The translations under genes and the position numbers were made by a program. The notes under the pieces are model-generated. The model was not told the origin of the DNA and did no database searches. It was given only the letters and a program-made list of their open reading frames with translations. Shown in pieces: positions 8,940-17,385 of a stretch of 64,000 bases of DNA; the stretch's first letter is position 1; each line of letters opens with the position of its first letter. This DNA comes from Planctomycetota bacterium (GTDB lineage Bacteria; Planctomycetota; UBA1135; GCA-002748355). Location: contig DROQ01000081.1 in NCBI GenBank assembly GCA_011321845.1, forward strand, positions 3,237-67,236, in the 5' to 3' direction.

Positions 8940-9589
8940 AGGGGCTCCTCCTCTCCCAGGAGAAGGGCGAGATCGGAGTCCAGGTAGCGGAGATCCCTCC
9001 GGCGAAGACGGGGAGAGCGGCTCCGTCCAAACCTTGGCTGGTCGAGGACGACGATTTTTTCGGGTGAGGGGCTGCCCTCCCGAGGGACCAGGAAGTTGCG
9101 GAAGCGAACGCCCCCGAAGACGAAGCCCTTATCATGGGTGTCCCGGATGAGGCGGCGCAGGGCTTTTGCCCATGCGCGGGCGCGCTCGGGGGGGCCGGAG
9201 AAGTGGGCGAGGTCGACATGACCTGGAACCTCGCGGGTGAGGAGGAGGGCGGCCCGGGGCCAGAGGAGTCCCGGGATATGGCCGGTCGCGGCGAGAATGG
9301 GTGTCCTGATTCGAAGGGCCTGGAGGAGGGGGTAGCTGCGGGCCTCGCGGAGGATGGGCGAGCTGTGGAGGATGTAGCTGGCCCACTTGCGGAGCGGAAG
9401 CGAGGCCTCGCGGAGGTCCTGGGTCTTGAGGTAATACGTTACGCCTCCCAGTTGCAGCCGCCGGCAGCTCCGGGTCCGCGCCCGGCTAACCGGGACACCC
9501 TCCTTCAGGGCGAGAAGGTCCTGGAGGCAGCGGTAGCCCTTGTCCTCGAAGCGTTTGCGGGAGTCGGAGTCGAACCAGTCGAGGGGCAT
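8936..9589 (-). CDS. Lipopolysaccharide kinase (Kdo/WaaP/InaA) family protein
   Basis: 217 aa small kinase-fold protein. Contains YYLKTQD..., a REARSYPLLQALRIRTP block and a FVFGGVRFRNFLV catalytic-loop-like block typical of the LPS kinase family. Its stop overlaps the start of the GT87-like gene (ATGA). Confidence 0.65.
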   Translation of the reverse strand: MPLDWFDSDSRKRFEDKGYRCLQDLLALKEGVPVSRARTRSCRRLQLGGVTYYLKTQDLREASLPLRKWASYILHSSPILREARSYPLLQALRIRTPILAATGHIPGLLWPRAALLLTREVPGHVDLAHFSGPPERARAWAKALRRLIRDTHDKGFVFGGVRFRNFLVPREGSPSPEKIVVLDQPRFGRSRSPRLRRRDLRYLDSDLALLLGEEEPL

Positions 9590-9592
9590 GGC

Positions 9593-10264
9593 TCACGAAT
9601 CAGGGAGGAGGAGGGCGATGCTCTGGCCCGAGAAGAGGCCGGAGAGGGACCAGGTCTTGGCGAGTTGGAACCCCGCATCGGCGGCCTCCTCGCGCAGTTC
9701 TTGGACTTCGAGGAGGGTTCGCCGGCTCTGTCGCCCCCCTAGGGCGAGGCGGGTCCGGTGGAACCACTGCTTGGGACTGCCTCCATCCAGGAAACTGAGA
9801 ATGACCGGTCCGCGACAGACCCGGCGGAGTTGGGCGAGGATCTTTGCCCGGTCCTCCCGCTGGGGGAAGTGGTGGAGGAGCCTGAGACAGCAGCAGAGGT
9901 CTACAGCCTTGGAACGGAGGCCGAGGGCCCTGGCGTCGCTGCGGAAAAAGCCGAGGGATGGGTGTCCCGCTTCGGAGAGGCTCTGGTGGCAGAGGTGGAT
10001 CATGTGGGGGGAATGGTCGGCGCCCAGGTAACGGACGCCGAAGGAGGCGAGGAGGGGGGCGAAGCGTCCCGCTCCGCAGGGGATGTCCAAGAGAGTGGGA
10101 GTGGGAATGGCCGGAGCCAACTCTTGCAGGGCCGCCCGCATGGCTTTTTGGACCAGCCGCTTTTCCCGCCAGGAGCTGAGCCGCCGGATGGGGCTGCGCT
10201 CGAATTTTCCCCGGTACCGGAGCGCTTCTTGGGGGTCGAGGTGTCGACTGGAATAGCTGGCCAT
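9593..10264 (-). CDS. Class I SAM-dependent methyltransferase
   Basis: Motif I LLDIPCGAGRFAPLL, an acidic post-I residue (YLGADHS), and a motif II-like AVDLCCCLRLLHH. Confidence 0.8.
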   Translation of the reverse strand: MASYSSRHLDPQEALRYRGKFERSPIRRLSSWREKRLVQKAMRAALQELAPAIPTPTLLDIPCGAGRFAPLLASFGVRYLGADHSPHMIHLCHQSLSEAGHPSLGFFRSDARALGLRSKAVDLCCCLRLLHHFPQREDRAKILAQLRRVCRGPVILSFLDGGSPKQWFHRTRLALGGRQSRRTLLEVQELREEAADAGFQLAKTWSLSGLFSGQSIALLLPDS

Positions 10265-10290
10265 GCCGCCAGCTTATCCGGGGGGGCAAG

Positions 10291-10476
10291 CTAATGCCGC
10301 TTCGTCTTCTGGTACCTGGATTTCAAGTATTCCCCGGATTTGTTCCATTTGACCCCGCTCTTGGCGCGGCCATCGCCCATCTTCGCTTTGATGAGGTAGG
10401 CGGTCCCGGCCAGGGCGAGGATGGTGCCGATGGCGATCAGGATCTTGAGGCTCGGGTCTTTTTTGGAGTCAGGCAT
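10291..10476 (-). CDS. Small single-pass membrane protein (61 aa), Lys-rich tail
   Basis: One clear TM helix (LKILIAIGTILALAGTAYLI) followed by a basic tail. It fits the gap between the methyltransferase and ugd on the same strand. No recognisable family. Confidence 0.4.
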   Translation of the reverse strand: MPDSKKDPSLKILIAIGTILALAGTAYLIKAKMGDGRAKSGVKWNKSGEYLKSRYQKTKRH

Positions 10477-10513
10477 CGAAGCTTTCTCTCACCCGGGCCG
10501 AACATGGACCGGG

Positions 10514-11821
10514 TTATCCCTTATCGACACCCACCCCGTAGTAGGTGAAGCCCTGCTTCCGAACCTTCGATGGGGGGTAGATATTGCGGCCATCGAAGAT
10601 CACATTGCCGCGCATCTTCTTCTTGATGGCATCGAAGTCGGGGTTGCGGAATTCGCTCCACTCGGTGACGAGCACCAGTGCGTCCGCCCCATCGAGGGCG
10701 TCCATGGGCCGTTTCACATATTCGATGCGGTCCCCGAGGATCTTCTTCGCTTCCTGGATGGCCTCGGGGTCGGTGGCGGTGACGGTGGCTCCCCGATCCA
10801 GGAGGTTCTGGATGATGGTCAGGCTGGGAGCTTCGCGCATGTCATCGGTTCTCGGCTTGAACGAGAGGCCCCAAATGGCGAAATGCTTTCCTTTGAGATC
10901 TTTGTCGAAGTGTTGGTCGATCTTCTCGACCAAGTAAACCTTCTGCTTCTCGTTGACGCGCTCCACTGCGTCGAGAATCTCGAAACGATGTCCATGGTCC
11001 TCGGCTGTCTTCATGATGGCGCGGACGTCTTTGGGAAAGCAGGAGCCGCCGTACCCGACTCCGGCGAACAAAAAGGCGTAGCCGATCCGGTTGTCCGTTC
11101 CGATCCCCTCCCGAACCCGGGAGAAGTTGGCGCCGACCTTGTCGCAGATCTGGGCGATTTCGTTCATGAAGGAGATCCGGGTCGCCAGCATGGCGTTGGC
11201 CGCGTACTTGGTCAGTTCCGCGCTCTCGGGGTCCATGACGAGAATGGGCTTGCCCGTCCGGACGAAGGGGGCATACAGCTCCTTCATGATTTCGGTGGCC
11301 CGCGGGTCGTCGGCCCCGATGACGACCCGGTCGGGCTTCATGAAGTCCTCGATCGCGGTTCCTTCCTTGAGAAACTCGGGGTTGGAGACCACGTCGAAGG
11401 GGTGCTCGCTGTGTTTTTTGATCTCGGCCGCAACCTTGCGGGAGGTGCCGACCGGGACCGTGGACTTGTCCACGACGAGACGGTAACCGGTCATGTGGGT
11501 TCCGATACTCTCAGCCACCTTGAGGACATACTGGAGATCCGCGCTTCCGTCCTCACCGGGGGGGGTCCCCACCGCGATGAAGATCACCGTCGCGTCCTGG
11601 ATGGCCTTCTTGATGTCGGTCGTGAAGCGCAGACGCTCCTCCTCGGAGTTGCGCCGGATCAGCTCTTCGAGACCGGGTTCGTAGATGGGGACGATTCCGT
11701 GATTCAAGCCTTTGATCTTTTCGGCGTCGATGTCTACGCAGGCCACCTCATTGCCCGTCTCGGCAAAGCAGGTTCCCACAACGAGGCCGACATAACCGGT
11801 TCCAATTACAGCGATCTTCAT
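10514..11821 (-). CDS. ugd: UDP-glucose 6-dehydrogenase
   Basis: N-terminal Rossmann MKIAVIGTGYVGLV, catalytic GGSCFPKD, and full-length collinearity with the UDP-glucose/GDP-mannose dehydrogenase family. 435 aa. Confidence 0.92.
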   Translation of the reverse strand: MKIAVIGTGYVGLVVGTCFAETGNEVACVDIDAEKIKGLNHGIVPIYEPGLEELIRRNSEEERLRFTTDIKKAIQDATVIFIAVGTPPGEDGSADLQYVLKVAESIGTHMTGYRLVVDKSTVPVGTSRKVAAEIKKHSEHPFDVVSNPEFLKEGTAIEDFMKPDRVVIGADDPRATEIMKELYAPFVRTGKPILVMDPESAELTKYAANAMLATRISFMNEIAQICDKVGANFSRVREGIGTDNRIGYAFLFAGVGYGGSCFPKDVRAIMKTAEDHGHRFEILDAVERVNEKQKVYLVEKIDQHFDKDLKGKHFAIWGLSFKPRTDDMREAPSLTIIQNLLDRGATVTATDPEAIQEAKKILGDRIEYVKRPMDALDGADALVLVTEWSEFRNPDFDAIKKKMRGNVIFDGRNIYPPSKVRKQGFTYYGVGVDKG

Positions 11822-11921
11822 GTTGTTCGGATTCCTGGGGGGGTAAAGAGAGAGGTTGCTCCCTGAGGAAGGTTCGGTTTTCAGCCCGGGAAGGATAGCG
11901 GGGAGAGGGAAGGAAGGGAAG

Positions 11922-12920
11922 CTAGCGGCGATTCTGCGCCCTCCGGAAGGCGCGCCTGGCCTTCAAGCGTTCCCTCCTCTTTCTCATCCGGTGCAGAAGG
12001 TTCGCCCCCCATATGGCGGCTTTGAGATGGGGGGGGATGTAGACGCGCTTGGGAGAAAAAATCTTTTCCGGACTGGTGATGGCAGGGGTCGGCTTGCGCT
12101 CCAGGCGGAGCTGGAAGGGGGGGCGGAGGGGGTCGGGGCTGGTCTTGGCCCTGAGGAACATCTTTTGGATCAGGCTTGTATCCTTGTCGATCCAAAGATC
12201 GAATTCCCCTTCCGAATGGGAGAGCCCGGCCAGGGGATGCCCCTGAAAGAAGGCGGGGAAGCGAAAAACCCCCTGGATGTGGATCCGATCTCCTTCGAAG
12301 CTGTGGGTGAGGGGTTTGGAATCGGGATCCAGAACGGACTCCAGAAGGGGGCGGACCTCGAGGTAGCTGAGGTTGCTCCCGATCCCCAGGAGAGGAAAGC
12401 TGTCCTTGGGAAGAAAGGGGAGATCGATGGCGACCTTGTGCCTGGACCGGATCCAATAGCTGTTCCCGTCGGAGCCGAGGGTGATGCTGCCGAAGGGGCG
12501 GAAAATTTCGAGGGCGAAGGCTTTGTTGGGGCCGAAGTAGGCCTCGAAGGACCTCCGGATCCTGCGTCCACGGGGAGCGGCGGAAAAGCTTCCCTCGAAG
12601 TAATGGATCCCCTGGCGGCTCTTTTTGAGGGTGTTGGAGAGAAGTTCGGCCTCGAGGACTTGGGGGTCCCCCGAGAGGAAGAGGAACTTGCCAGCGAAGA
12701 GGATGGCGAGGACGCTCGCGGCAACAAGCAGAATCCTCTTGGCCAGGGGGATCGGGGCGGGAACGCTGGACTCGCGGATGGCGGCCAGAATGCGGTTGAT
12801 TCGTTCCTCTTTTTGGACCTTGCTCTCCTTGCTGGCGCGGAATCGAAGAAGCCCATGGACGAAGAGCTGCTTGGCTTCTTGCTGGATAGCGGCCAGGTCC
12901 TTTTTCTCCTGCTGGGTCAT
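11922..12920 (-). CDS. Putative anti-sigma factor / membrane-anchored periplasmic protein
   Basis: Its start ATG overlaps the ECF sigma stop (ATGA at 12917-12920). About 60 aa cytoplasmic N-terminus, one TM (ILLVAASVLAILFAG), and a ~240 aa extracytoplasmic domain. The call rests on position and topology only. Confidence 0.5.
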   Translation of the reverse strand: MTQQEKKDLAAIQQEAKQLFVHGLLRFRASKESKVQKEERINRILAAIRESSVPAPIPLAKRILLVAASVLAILFAGKFLFLSGDPQVLEAELLSNTLKKSRQGIHYFEGSFSAAPRGRRIRRSFEAYFGPNKAFALEIFRPFGSITLGSDGNSYWIRSRHKVAIDLPFLPKDSFPLLGIGSNLSYLEVRPLLESVLDPDSKPLTHSFEGDRIHIQGVFRFPAFFQGHPLAGLSHSEGEFDLWIDKDTSLIQKMFLRAKTSPDPLRPPFQLRLERKPTPAITSPEKIFSPKRVYIPPHLKAAIWGANLLHRMRKRRERLKARRAFRRAQNRR

Positions 12921-13522
12921 CCCTCACCTCTCAGGGTCTGCTCACCTCTCACGGTATATCGCACCGGCTCGATGCCCAGGGCCGAGAGTCTCTGCTGGAT
13001 ACAGTCCCCTAGCCAGGAGCGCCCGCGCTGAAGGATTTTTTTGACCCCTTCGCGGGTCCTGCCGAGGAACTCCGCGATCTGCCGGGTGTCCAGGTTTTCC
13101 TCGTAATGGAGGTCGATGATCCTTCGCTGGTGGTCGGGGAGCTTCTCCAGGCATTGCTCCAGGCTCTTGACCTGGTCCTCAAAATTGTCTCCCGGGGCCT
13201 GGTCCAGGGAGGAATAGAGGAGGGAAAGGTGGTCGATGATCTCCTCTCCGGGGAAGGCGTGCTTGTCGCGCTGGACTTTGCGGAAGTGGCTGCGGGCCAG
13301 GTTTTTCGCGATCCCCCGGAGCCATGGGCCGAAGGGGAGGGTGCGGTCATACTTGGAGAGATTCTTCCAGGCGATGAGGAAGGCTTCCTGGACGAGGTCG
13401 TTGACGCTCTCGGGGTCCGAGACCATGCTGCCGATGAAGGCTCGGAGGCGGCTCTCTTGTTCCCGGACGAGGATCTCGAAGAGTTCCGTCGCGTCAATAC
13501 CGGGTTTGGGGGGGGATGCCAT
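12917..13522 (-). CDS. ECF-type RNA polymerase sigma-70 family factor
   Basis: Region 2 (DLVQEAFLIAWKNLSKYD, PFGPWLRGIAKN) and region 4 HTH (LDTRQIAEFLGRTREGVKKILQRGRSWL). Start placed at ATG 13522 (MASPPKPG), which gives ~200 aa. The track ORF extends to 13612. Confidence 0.85.
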   Translation of the reverse strand: MASPPKPGIDATELFEILVREQESRLRAFIGSMVSDPESVNDLVQEAFLIAWKNLSKYDRTLPFGPWLRGIAKNLARSHFRKVQRDKHAFPGEEIIDHLSLLYSSLDQAPGDNFEDQVKSLEQCLEKLPDHQRRIIDLHYEENLDTRQIAEFLGRTREGVKKILQRGRSWLGDCIQQRLSALGIEPVRYTVRGEQTLRGEG

Positions 13523-13643
13523 GGCTGTCCTTGTCTTTCTCCCTGCTTTCGGGGACGGCGAATCTTCGAGAAATTCTTCTCGCCCATGTACCAGCAATCC
13601 ATTCTGGCCCAAATCCCCCTTATGGGCTAGCCTTCGGGGCCTG

Positions 13644-13720
13644 GGGCGATTAGCTCAGTTGGTTAGAGCATCTGCTTTACACGCAGAGGGTCGGGGGTTC
13701 GAATCCCTCATCGCCCACCA
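13644..13720 (+). tRNA. tRNA-Val (anticodon TAC), CCA encoded
   Basis: Hand-folded cloverleaf. Acceptor GGGCGAT/ATCGCCC, D arm GCTC..GAGC, anticodon stem TCTGC/GCAGA with loop TTTACAC, T arm GGGGG-TTCGAAT-CCCTC, then A-CCA. Confidence 0.9.
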
Positions 13721-13742
13721 CAGTCATTCGAAAAGGCATTTT

Positions 13743-13824
13743 CATAGCCATCCCATAGCCATCCCATAGCCATCCCATAGCTATCCCAGGAGTCCTTCCC
13801 GGAGTCCTTTCCGCAGTCCTCCCC
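13743..13824 (+). repeat. Two adjacent short tandem repeats (11 bp x4, then 12 bp x3) opening a C+T-rich tract
   Basis: CATAGCCATCC x4 at 13743-13786 (the last copy has one change). GGAGTCCTTCCC / GGAGTCCTTTCC / GCAGTCCTCCCC at 13789-13824. The + strand stays strongly pyrimidine-rich to about 13910. Confidence 0.85.
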
Positions 13825-14010
13825 ACAATTCTTCCTCTTTCCACCTTTTTCCCACGGCCATCCCCAGCATCCTTCCCATCCTCTTTCTGCTCATGCGCCC
13901 AATTCCCCATGCCATGGAATTCAAGGCCAGGCCTCCAAAAACCGATGAGGGGAGACCGGAAAGTGTTTCCGGGCCTTCCCCTGATTCGACGATTTGATGG
14001 AGTTCGCAAC

Positions 14011-14730
14011 ATGGCTGCAGAGCGCTGCCCCCAAGCGATGATTTTGGCCGGTGGGTTCGGGACGCGGCTTCAGCCCGCCCTCCAGGGTCTGCCCAAATGC
14101 CTGGCCCCTGTGGCAGGGCGTCCCTTTCTCTCCTACCTCCTCGACCGGCTCGCCGAAGCGGGCTGCAAGCGGGTCGTCCTCTGCACTGGCTACCTGGCCT
14201 CCCAGGTGGAGCAGGCTTTTGGCGATTCCTACTCCGGTATGACGCTGCAGTATTCCGTGGAGGATGGCCCTCTTGGAACGGCGGGGGCCGCCAGAAACGC
14301 CCTCCCCTTGATGGAGGGGGAGGAGTTCCTCCTCCTGAACGGGGATTCCTTCTGCCCCTGGGAAGCCCTCCCCTTCCTGGGAAACCCCTTGGACACGGCC
14401 CTGGCCTCCTTGCTTCTGGTGGAGGTCGATGATGTGCGGCGGTTTGGGACCGTCTCCCTCCAGGAGGACGGTCGGATCCTCCATTTCTTCGAAAAGGGGG
14501 TCAAAGGGGGGGCCGGCCTCATCAACGCAGGCGTCTACAGGATCCACCGCGATCTCCTGCTCCGGGTCCCCCGGGGCGAAAACCTTTCCCTGGAGAACCA
14601 GGTCTTTCCCAGCCTTGCCCGCGCGGGCCGGCTGACGGGGCAGGTCCAATACCTGCCGTTCATCGATATCGGAACGCCTGAGAGCTACGCCCAGGCCGAA
14701 TCCTTCTTCTCTCCGGAGCCCAGGGTATGA
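14011..14730 (+). CDS. hddC: Sugar-1-phosphate nucleotidyltransferase, D-glycero-alpha-D-manno-heptose-1-phosphate guanylyltransferase (HddC)-like
   Basis: N-terminal ILAGGFGTRL...P..LAPVAGRPFL signature and a LGTAGA block. About 240 aa from ATG 14011; the track ORF starts earlier, in the pyrimidine tract. It sits directly upstream of gmhB- and hddA-like genes. Confidence 0.75.
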   Translation: MAAERCPQAMILAGGFGTRLQPALQGLPKCLAPVAGRPFLSYLLDRLAEAGCKRVVLCTGYLASQVEQAFGDSYSGMTLQYSVEDGPLGTAGAARNALPLMEGEEFLLLNGDSFCPWEALPFLGNPLDTALASLLLVEVDDVRRFGTVSLQEDGRILHFFEKGVKGGAGLINAGVYRIHRDLLLRVPRGENLSLENQVFPSLARAGRLTGQVQYLPFIDIGTPESYAQAESFFSPEPRV

Positions 14731-15314
14731 ATCTCCCGAGCTGCATTGTTTTGGACCGCGACGGGACCTTGATCCACGAGCGGCACTATCTCTCCCATCC
14801 CGACCAGGTAGAGCTGCTCCCTGGAGTGCTGGAGGGCTTGAGCAGGATCCGCTCCCTTGGTCTTCGCCTGGTCGTCGTTACGAACCAGTCGGGGATCGGG
14901 AGGGGATATTTCTCCCCTGCGGATCTCGAGGCTGTGCATGATCGCCTCCACTCCCTCCTCGCCGAGGGGGGTGTGGAATTGGACGCGATCTACCACTGTC
15001 CCCACACCCCCGAAGAGACTTGTCCTTGCCGCAAGCCGGGGACCGGAATGATCGAGCAGGCCGGCAGAGACCTGGGCTTCGACCCCAAGAACTCGGTGGT
15101 GGTGGGGGACAAGCCCTGCGACATCCAACTCGGCAAGAATGTGGGGGCAGTCACCGCCCTCGTTCGGAGCGGTTATGGGGCGCGGCGGACAACCCTCGGT
15201 GGTTGCGAGCCCGATCTCGTCATCGATGGGATCGCGGATCTTGCGCTGATCCTGGCGGCTGCCCAGGGACAGCCCTCGGGGGCCCTCTCGGGGCCTGGTG
15301 GTGCCTGGTCATGA
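14727..15314 (+). CDS. gmhB: D-glycero-D-manno-heptose 1,7-bisphosphate phosphatase (HAD, histidinol-phosphatase-like)
   Basis: HAD motif I LDRDGTL, VVVTNQSGIGRGYF, the zinc-finger-like CPHxPxxxCxCRKP insert, and GDKxxD. ATGA overlap with hddC. Confidence 0.85.
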   Translation: MNLPSCIVLDRDGTLIHERHYLSHPDQVELLPGVLEGLSRIRSLGLRLVVVTNQSGIGRGYFSPADLEAVHDRLHSLLAEGGVELDAIYHCPHTPEETCPCRKPGTGMIEQAGRDLGFDPKNSVVVGDKPCDIQLGKNVGAVTALVRSGYGARRTTLGGCEPDLVIDGIADLALILAAAQGQPSGALSGPGGAWS

Positions 15315-16432
15315 TCATTTCCAGGACACCCTTTCGCATTTCCTTCTTCGGGGGTGGTACCGATTATCCCGAATGGTACAGGTTGCATGGAGGCAAGGTC
15401 CTCGCAACGACCATCGACAAGTACTGCTATCTTTCCTGCCGCTATTTCCCTCCATTCTTCGACTTCAAGTACAGAATCGTCTGGTCCCAGGTGGAGAACC
15501 GCAAGCAGCGGGAGGACATCGAACATCCCGTGGTGCGCGAGGCGCTGCAATTCCTGGGGATCGACCGTGGGATCGAGATCCACCATGTAGGGGATCTTCC
15601 CGCGCGGAGCGGCATGGGCTCTAGCTCGGCCTTTACGGTCGGGATCCTGCACGCTCTGCACGCGCTCGAAGGACGCATGGTGGGCAAGCGCCGTCTGATG
15701 AGGGAGGGCATCCACGTCGAGCAAAAGCTGCTGCGTGAGGTGGTCGGTTCCCAGGACCAGGTGTCGGCGGCCATGGGGGGGTTCAATCTCATCACCTTCG
15801 AAAAAAACGAGGAGATCGGGGTCCATCCCGTTCTCCTCCCCAAACCCAGGCTGGAGGAGTTGGAGGGGAGCCTCATGCTGTTTTACACCGGCATCCTTCG
15901 GACCGCGTCGACGGTGGCCTCGGCCTATGTGACGGATCTGGACGCCAAAAAGAGACAGCTCCGCATCCTCAAGGATTTGGTGGACGAGGCCATGGAGATC
16001 CTCACAAATGACCGGGGCCTGGATGAGTTCGGGGCCCTGCTGGACGAGTCCTGGCGCATCAAGAAGAGTCTGGGGGGAGGGATCAGCAACCCCGAGGTGG
16101 ACGGGCTTTACGAAAAGGCTCTCCAGGCGGGTGCCCTGGGAGGCAAACTGACGGGAGCGGGAGGGGGAGGCTTCCTCCTCTTCTTCGTTCCTCCCGCCAG
16201 GCAGGCCGCGGTCAAGGCCGCACTCAAGGATCTCGTCCATGTCCCCTTCAAGTTCGAGTCCTCGGGGACTCAGATCATCTTTCACGAATCCGAAGAGGAC
16301 TACGAGGAAGTGGAGCGCCTTATCGATTCCCAGGGTATCCGCGAATACCGGGAACTCGAAGACCTGGACCTCCTCCCATACGCCCCTGGGAGCAAGGTGA
16401 AGAGAATCCCGGAAACACAGAAGGTGGACTAG
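15311..16432 (+). CDS. hddA: GHMP-family sugar kinase, D-glycero-alpha-D-manno-heptose-7-phosphate kinase (HddA)-like
   Basis: RTPFRISFFGGGTDYPEW, GHMP motif PARSGMGSSSA, GSQDQVSAAMGGFN, and GAGGGGFLLFF. ATG 15311 overlaps the gmhB stop (ATGA). The track ORF's first ~97 aa are out of context. Confidence 0.8.
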   Translation: MIISRTPFRISFFGGGTDYPEWYRLHGGKVLATTIDKYCYLSCRYFPPFFDFKYRIVWSQVENRKQREDIEHPVVREALQFLGIDRGIEIHHVGDLPARSGMGSSSAFTVGILHALHALEGRMVGKRRLMREGIHVEQKLLREVVGSQDQVSAAMGGFNLITFEKNEEIGVHPVLLPKPRLEELEGSLMLFYTGILRTASTVASAYVTDLDAKKRQLRILKDLVDEAMEILTNDRGLDEFGALLDESWRIKKSLGGGISNPEVDGLYEKALQAGALGGKLTGAGGGGFLLFFVPPARQAAVKAALKDLVHVPFKFESSGTQIIFHESEEDYEEVERLIDSQGIREYRELEDLDLLPYAPGSKVKRIPETQKVD

Positions 16433-16436
16433 CGAA

Positions 16437-17384
16437 ATGATGGAAAACGCTCAAATCAAACCGGCCGAGGGTCTGGATCTCTACGAGAGGATGCTCCGGA
16501 TCCGCCTGCTCTCGGAGCATATTCTCGAGGTCTACCGGGACGACGTCATGGAGACCCCCGTTCATCTGACCCTGGGTCAGGAGGCGGTGGCTGTGGGGGT
16601 CTGCGCGCACCTGCGGGACGAGGACGTGCTCTCCCTCGGGCACCGGACCCACGCCGGCGCCCTCGCCAAGGGCCTCCCCCTGAAGTCCCTCCTCGCCGAA
16701 CTCTACGGTCGCAGCACCGGCTGCTCCGGCTCCTATGGCGGTTCCATGCATGTCTACGACCCGGAGCACGGCATTCACGGGTCTTCCGCCATTGTTGGAG
16801 GCAACATCGCCCTCGGCGTCGGGGCCGCCCTCTCCTTCAAACTCCAGTCCAAGGAAGGTGTCGCCGTTTCCATGTTCGGGGACGGTGCCTGCGATGCCGG
16901 AGTCTTTTGGGAGTCGATGAACTACGCGGCTCTTGCCGGCTTGCCGGTCCTCTTCCTTCTCGAGGACAACCAGCTCTCCAACGTCATGCCCAAGAGCAAG
17001 CATCTCTACCCCGATCCCCGTGCCATCGCCGCCAATTTTATGCCGACCTACTTCGCCGATGGAACCGACGCCATCTCGGTCTTCCTCTCCGCCAAGGAGG
17101 CGATCTCCGAGATTCGCCGGACCGGGCGCCCCGCCTTTCTCCACTGCCCCACCAAGCGCTGGATGAAGCACCAGGGGGTCGAGGAGGAGGACCTCCCTTT
17201 CATCCACATCGACCGGGAGAAGGATTGTCCCATCCAAAAACTCGAGTCCTTCCTCCTGGGTGCGCGCATGGCGACACCTGGAGAACTCAAGCAGGTTCGC
17301 GCCCATCTGGAAGAGGAGCTGGAGGCCGCGATCCACTACGCCCGGCAATCCCCCTATCCCCCTGTTCAAGCCTTGGAGGTCTGA
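16437..17384 (+). CDS. Thiamine-diphosphate-dependent dehydrogenase E1 component, alpha subunit
   Basis: E1-alpha collinearity. TPP-binding motif FGDGACDAGVFWESMNYAALAGLPVLFLLEDNQ (GDG...N). An SD-like GAAGGTGG lies ~10 nt upstream. Confidence 0.85.
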   Translation: MMENAQIKPAEGLDLYERMLRIRLLSEHILEVYRDDVMETPVHLTLGQEAVAVGVCAHLRDEDVLSLGHRTHAGALAKGLPLKSLLAELYGRSTGCSGSYGGSMHVYDPEHGIHGSSAIVGGNIALGVGAALSFKLQSKEGVAVSMFGDGACDAGVFWESMNYAALAGLPVLFLLEDNQLSNVMPKSKHLYPDPRAIAANFMPTYFADGTDAISVFLSAKEAISEIRRTGRPAFLHCPTKRWMKHQGVEEEDLPFIHIDREKDCPIQKLESFLLGARMATPGELKQVRAHLEEELEAAIHYARQSPYPPVQALEV

Positions 17385-17385
17385 G

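Noticed and set aside
7663-9219. 518-aa ORF rich in Pro, Arg, Gly and Ser on the minus strand. The same kind of ORF occurs at 20865-22634, 40334-41944, 45737-47629, 57944-60067, 62789-63916 and many shorter ones.
   Set aside because: These are out-of-frame or antisense shadows of well-supported genes (GT87/kinase, TMTC-like, thiolase, nadE, the surface protein and ftsK). Their composition is typical of non-coding frames in GC-rich DNA. They show no recognisable motifs and no independent start context.
13508-13515. G8/C8 homopolymer just after the candidate start of the ECF sigma gene, as a slipped-strand phase-variation switch.
   Set aside because: G8 runs also occur inside other CDS in this window (for example 20771-20778 and 22891-22898). 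This suggests they are a by-product of GC-rich Gly/Pro codons rather than a dedicated switch. It cannot be excluded without population data.
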